64,000 nt of DNA from Isurus oxyrinchus (taxonomy: Eukaryota). Shown piece after piece: positions 60,655 through 64,000 of the stretch. The notes beneath the pieces were generated by a model that was not told the DNA's origin, made no database searches, and was given only the letters and a program-made list of their open reading frames with translations. Every line of letters starts with the position of its first letter. Within the stretch, counting starts at the first letter, position 1. The translations under genes and the position numbers were made by a program. Location: positions 3,844,001-3,908,000 of the forward strand of contig JANJGN010000052.1 of NCBI GenBank assembly GCA_026770705.1. Reading direction: 5' to 3'.

Positions 60655-63600
60655 GCGTGTCTGTATGTGTGTGTGTGTGTGTGTGTGAGAGATGTTGAAG
60701 TTTGCAGTAACTCACGTTCCACAGTGATGGTTATGAATCCCTCCACTGCTCCATGTTCATTCTCTGCCACACACTGATAGTCTCCAGTGTCCCTGGATGT
60801 AACGTGAGGAATCACCAACCACAGCTCATTGTTGGAACTTGTTCTGTTCATTGGGACATTAAGATGTCGCCACGTCAGGTTAGAAGCTGGGAAGCTCTCG
60901 ACAGAGCAGATTATCACTGCAGAATTCCCCTCAATTATATTGATCGTTGAAGCGTTAATCATATCAAGAGAAGTAAATGAGAGATTCTGTGGTGCATCTA
61001 AAAACATATAAAGATTTTAATGTGAGCAAGCACAGTGCACAGCAAGACTCCATGCATCATCTCTCTGTATCTGATGTCTGAATGCATTTCCAGGTTCCTT
61101 CCCTCAGGATAAGAACTTATTTCACATTTACAATGGGCACTGCCTATGTAAACTGTCACACTGCAGTTACATTCTCCCACCAGTGGAGGTGTCCATCTAG
61201 AATGCAGGAAACTCCCTTTCAGATCCTCAGGATGTCCCCAAGGGCTTCAAAGGCAATGAATTGTGTTTGATCGATGGAGCACTGAGGGGTAAATATACAT
61301 TTCTCTGTTCAGGAGGTTGCTCCATCCAGTTCAGGGTCTTGTTGATCTGGAGTTCACCTTCCTTCAACACAGAATCAGAGCTGATACCGAGACTCCAGTG
61401 CAGCACTGAGAGAGGAGAGGGTACCCACACGTTTTTGTCTGTGTATGTGTGTGTTGGCTTGTGTGTGTGTATGTTTNNNNNNNNNNNNNNNNNNNNNNNN
61501 NNNNNNNNNNNNNNNNNNNNNNNNNNNNNNNNNNNNNNNNNNNNNNNNNNNNNNNNNNNNNNNNNNNNNNNNNNNNNNNNNNNNNNNNNNNNNNNNNNNN
61601 NNNNNNNNNNNNNNNNNNNNNNNNNCACTCACATTCCACAGTGATGGTTATGAACCCCTCCACTGCTCCATGTTCATTCTCTGCCACACACTGATAGTCT
61701 CCAGTGTCCCTGGATGTAACGTGAGGAATCACCAACCACAGCTCATTGTTGGAACTTGTTCTGTTCATTGGGACATTAAGATGTCGCCACATCAGGTTAG
61801 AAGCTGGGAAGCTCTCGACAGAGCAGATTATCACTGCAGAATTCCCCTCAATTATATTGATCGATGAAGCGTTAATCATATCAAGATAAGTAATTGAGAG
61901 ATTCTGTGGTGCATCTAAAAACATATAAAGATTTTAATATGAGCAAATATAGTGCACAGCAAGACTCCATGCATCATGTCTCTGTATCTGATGTCTGAAT
62001 GCATTTCCAGGTACCTTCCCTCAGGATAAGAACTTATTTCACATTTACAACGGGCACTGCCTATGTAAACTGTCACACTGCAGTTACATTCTCCCACCAG
62101 TGGAGGGGTCTATCTAGAATGCAGGAAACTCCCTTTCAGATCCTCAGGATGTCCCCAAGGGCTTCAAAGGCAATGAATTGTATTTGATCGATGGAGAACT
62201 GAGGGGTAAATCTACAATTCACTGTTCAGGAGGTTGCTCATCCAGTTCAGGGTCTTGTTGATCTGGAGTTTACCTTCCATCAACAAAGAATCGGAGCTGA
62301 TACCGAGACTCCAGTGCAGCACTGAGAGAGGAGAGGGTACCCACACGTTTTTGTGTGTGAATGTGTGTGTTGGCTTGTGTGTGTGTATGTTTCTGCACAA
62401 CAAGGATCTGTGTGTGCACGCACGCATGTGTGTTTGTGTGTGTGCGCACGTGTGTCTGTCTGTGCGTGTGTGTGTGTGTGAGTTAAGGTTGTGTGTCCTT
62501 CTGCATGTGTGTCTGTTTGTGTGTGTGTGTGTGTGTGAGTGTGTGTGTGTATGTGTGTGTGTGTGTGTGAGTGATGTTGAAGTTTGCAGTAACTCACGTT
62601 CCACAGTGATGGTTATGAACCCCTCCACTGCTCCATGTTCATTCTCTGCCACACACTGATAGTCTCCAGTGTCCCTGGATGTAACGTGAGGAATCACCAA
62701 CCACAGCTCATTGTTGGAACTTGTTCTGTTCATTTGGACATTAAGATGTCGCCACGTCAGGTTAGAAGCTGGGAAGCTCTCGACAGAGCAGATTATCACT
62801 GCAGAATTCCCCTCAATTATGTTGATCGATGAAGCGTTAATCATATCAAGAGAATTAATTGAGAGATTCTGTGGTGCATCTAAAAACAAATAAACATCAA
62901 TTAACTTAAACTGACTGTGAAGCACTTTGAAATACACTGAGAATGTGAAAGGTTTGATATCAATGCAGGTTCTTTCACCACAAAGCCCGTAATCCAGGCA
63001 GACAAATCAGTTCAGTATTGAGGGAGTGCTGCAATGACAGAGGGTCAGTACTGAGGGAGTGCTGCACTGTCAGTGTGTCAGTACTGAGGGAGTGCTGTAG
63101 TGTCAGACGGTCAGTACTGAGGGAGTGCTGCATTGTCAGTGTGTCAGTACTGAGGGAATGCTGCACTGTCAGAGGGTCAGTACTGAGGGAGTGCTGCACT
63201 GTCAGTGGGTCAGTACTGAGGGAGTGCTGCACTGTCAGATGGTCAGTAAAGAGGGGGTGCTGCACTGTTTGACGGTCAGAACTGAGGGGGTGCTGCACTC
63301 TCAGAGGGTCAGTACTGAGGGAGTGCTGCACTGCGAAGATTCAGTACTGAGGGGGTGCTGCACTGTCGAAGGGTCAGTAGTGAGGGAATGCTGCAGTGTT
63401 GGAGAGTCAGTATTCAGGGACTGCTGCAGTGTCAGAGGTGAATTTGTATCAATTAAAGACTATTGATTTGTTGCTAAACACAATGCAGTTGTGGGATCTT
63501 GCAGTGTACTATGTGGAGCTTTCTAGCTAATGTAGATGGAAGGGAGTCGGTACTTACCTTGCACAGTTAGTACGAGGGTCCGCTCCGATGAAACAGATGG

Positions 63601-63854
63601 ATATCTCACTCTGCAGCTGAGAGTGTGTCCGTGGTGTTTGAGTGATGGGATCAGGGTCAGAACAGAAGTATAGGTCAGAGTGACACCATGCTGAGTTACA
63701 GTGTTTGAGACTGATCCAGGTACGTCAGTGGGAGTGTCCCTGGTTAAGACAGGTGCTGCTGTTCCATTGCACGTTGTGTTGAAGGTGCAGCTTACATCCA
63801 CACGCTTTCCTGCAATAATTTCAGCAGGGAATATCGTGGGTTTATCTGTGAAAT
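53223..63854 (-). CDS. Siglec-like gene D (5' end beyond window): D2 63854-63558; nine C2 exons 62879-62598, 61914-61633, 60997-60716, 59918-59637, 58863-58582, 57801-57520, 56735-56454, 55467-55186, 54418-54137; TM 53319-53223; no cytoplasmic exons found
   Basis: All exons are open with AG/GT boundaries. D2 is near-identical to gene B D2. The last three C2 exons, TM and introns are an inverted near-copy of gene A. Confidence 0.88.
63015..63435 (-). repeat. 33-bp minisatellite
   Basis: Tandem units; same intron position as the arrays in gene B. Confidence 0.85.
63558..63854 (-). CDS. Gene D Siglec domain-2 exon
   Basis: Reverse-complement homolog of 19270-19566; conserved Trp replaced by Arg. 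Confidence 0.9.
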
Positions 63855-64000
63855 CTAACAGACAGAGAATGGATCCTTTTAGAGAAATATAACGTGAAGC
63901 ATCAGTTCAAATAGAAATCACAGTCCCACAAGAGAAAGCACTTTTACAAGGATGATATCAGAACTGAGTTGTTTTAACTATCCTGATAGACTGTTAGACA

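Overview
Vertebrate genomic DNA, most likely from a cartilaginous fish, judged from shark-type SINE/LINE and minisatellite families. It has five N gaps. The window holds a Siglec-like (sialic-acid-binding Ig-like lectin, CD33/CD22/MAG family) gene cluster with four gene units and three different membrane/signalling ends. Gene A (+, 3' end only, 40-5794) has three near-identical C2-Ig exons, a neutral TM and an ITIM + ITSM tail (LFYANI, TEYAQI). Gene B (+, ~15850-26403) has a leader, an intact V-set with the essential Arg, D2, a disrupted D3, an intact TM and a different Tyr-rich tail (VYEN, LYANC-x7-YGNL). Gene C (+, ~30340-34479) has a pseudogenised ectodomain and an intact activating-type TM exon with a central Arg and a short Tyr-free tail. 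Gene D (-, 63854-53223, V exon outside the window) has D2 plus 9 tandem near-identical C2 exons and a TM. Its last three C2 exons and TM are an inverted copy of gene A, with the cytoplasmic exons replaced by a Gypsy remnant. Between C and D on the minus strand is a three-exon hepcidin-like gene (47507-42630) with an atypical mature peptide, a broken furin site and an exon-1 phase defect, recalling the human HAMP-MAG-CD22 linkage. The rest is LINE/SINE/Penelope/LTR debris and mini/microsatellites. All exon models are my manual reading of splice sites and frames; no database search was run.
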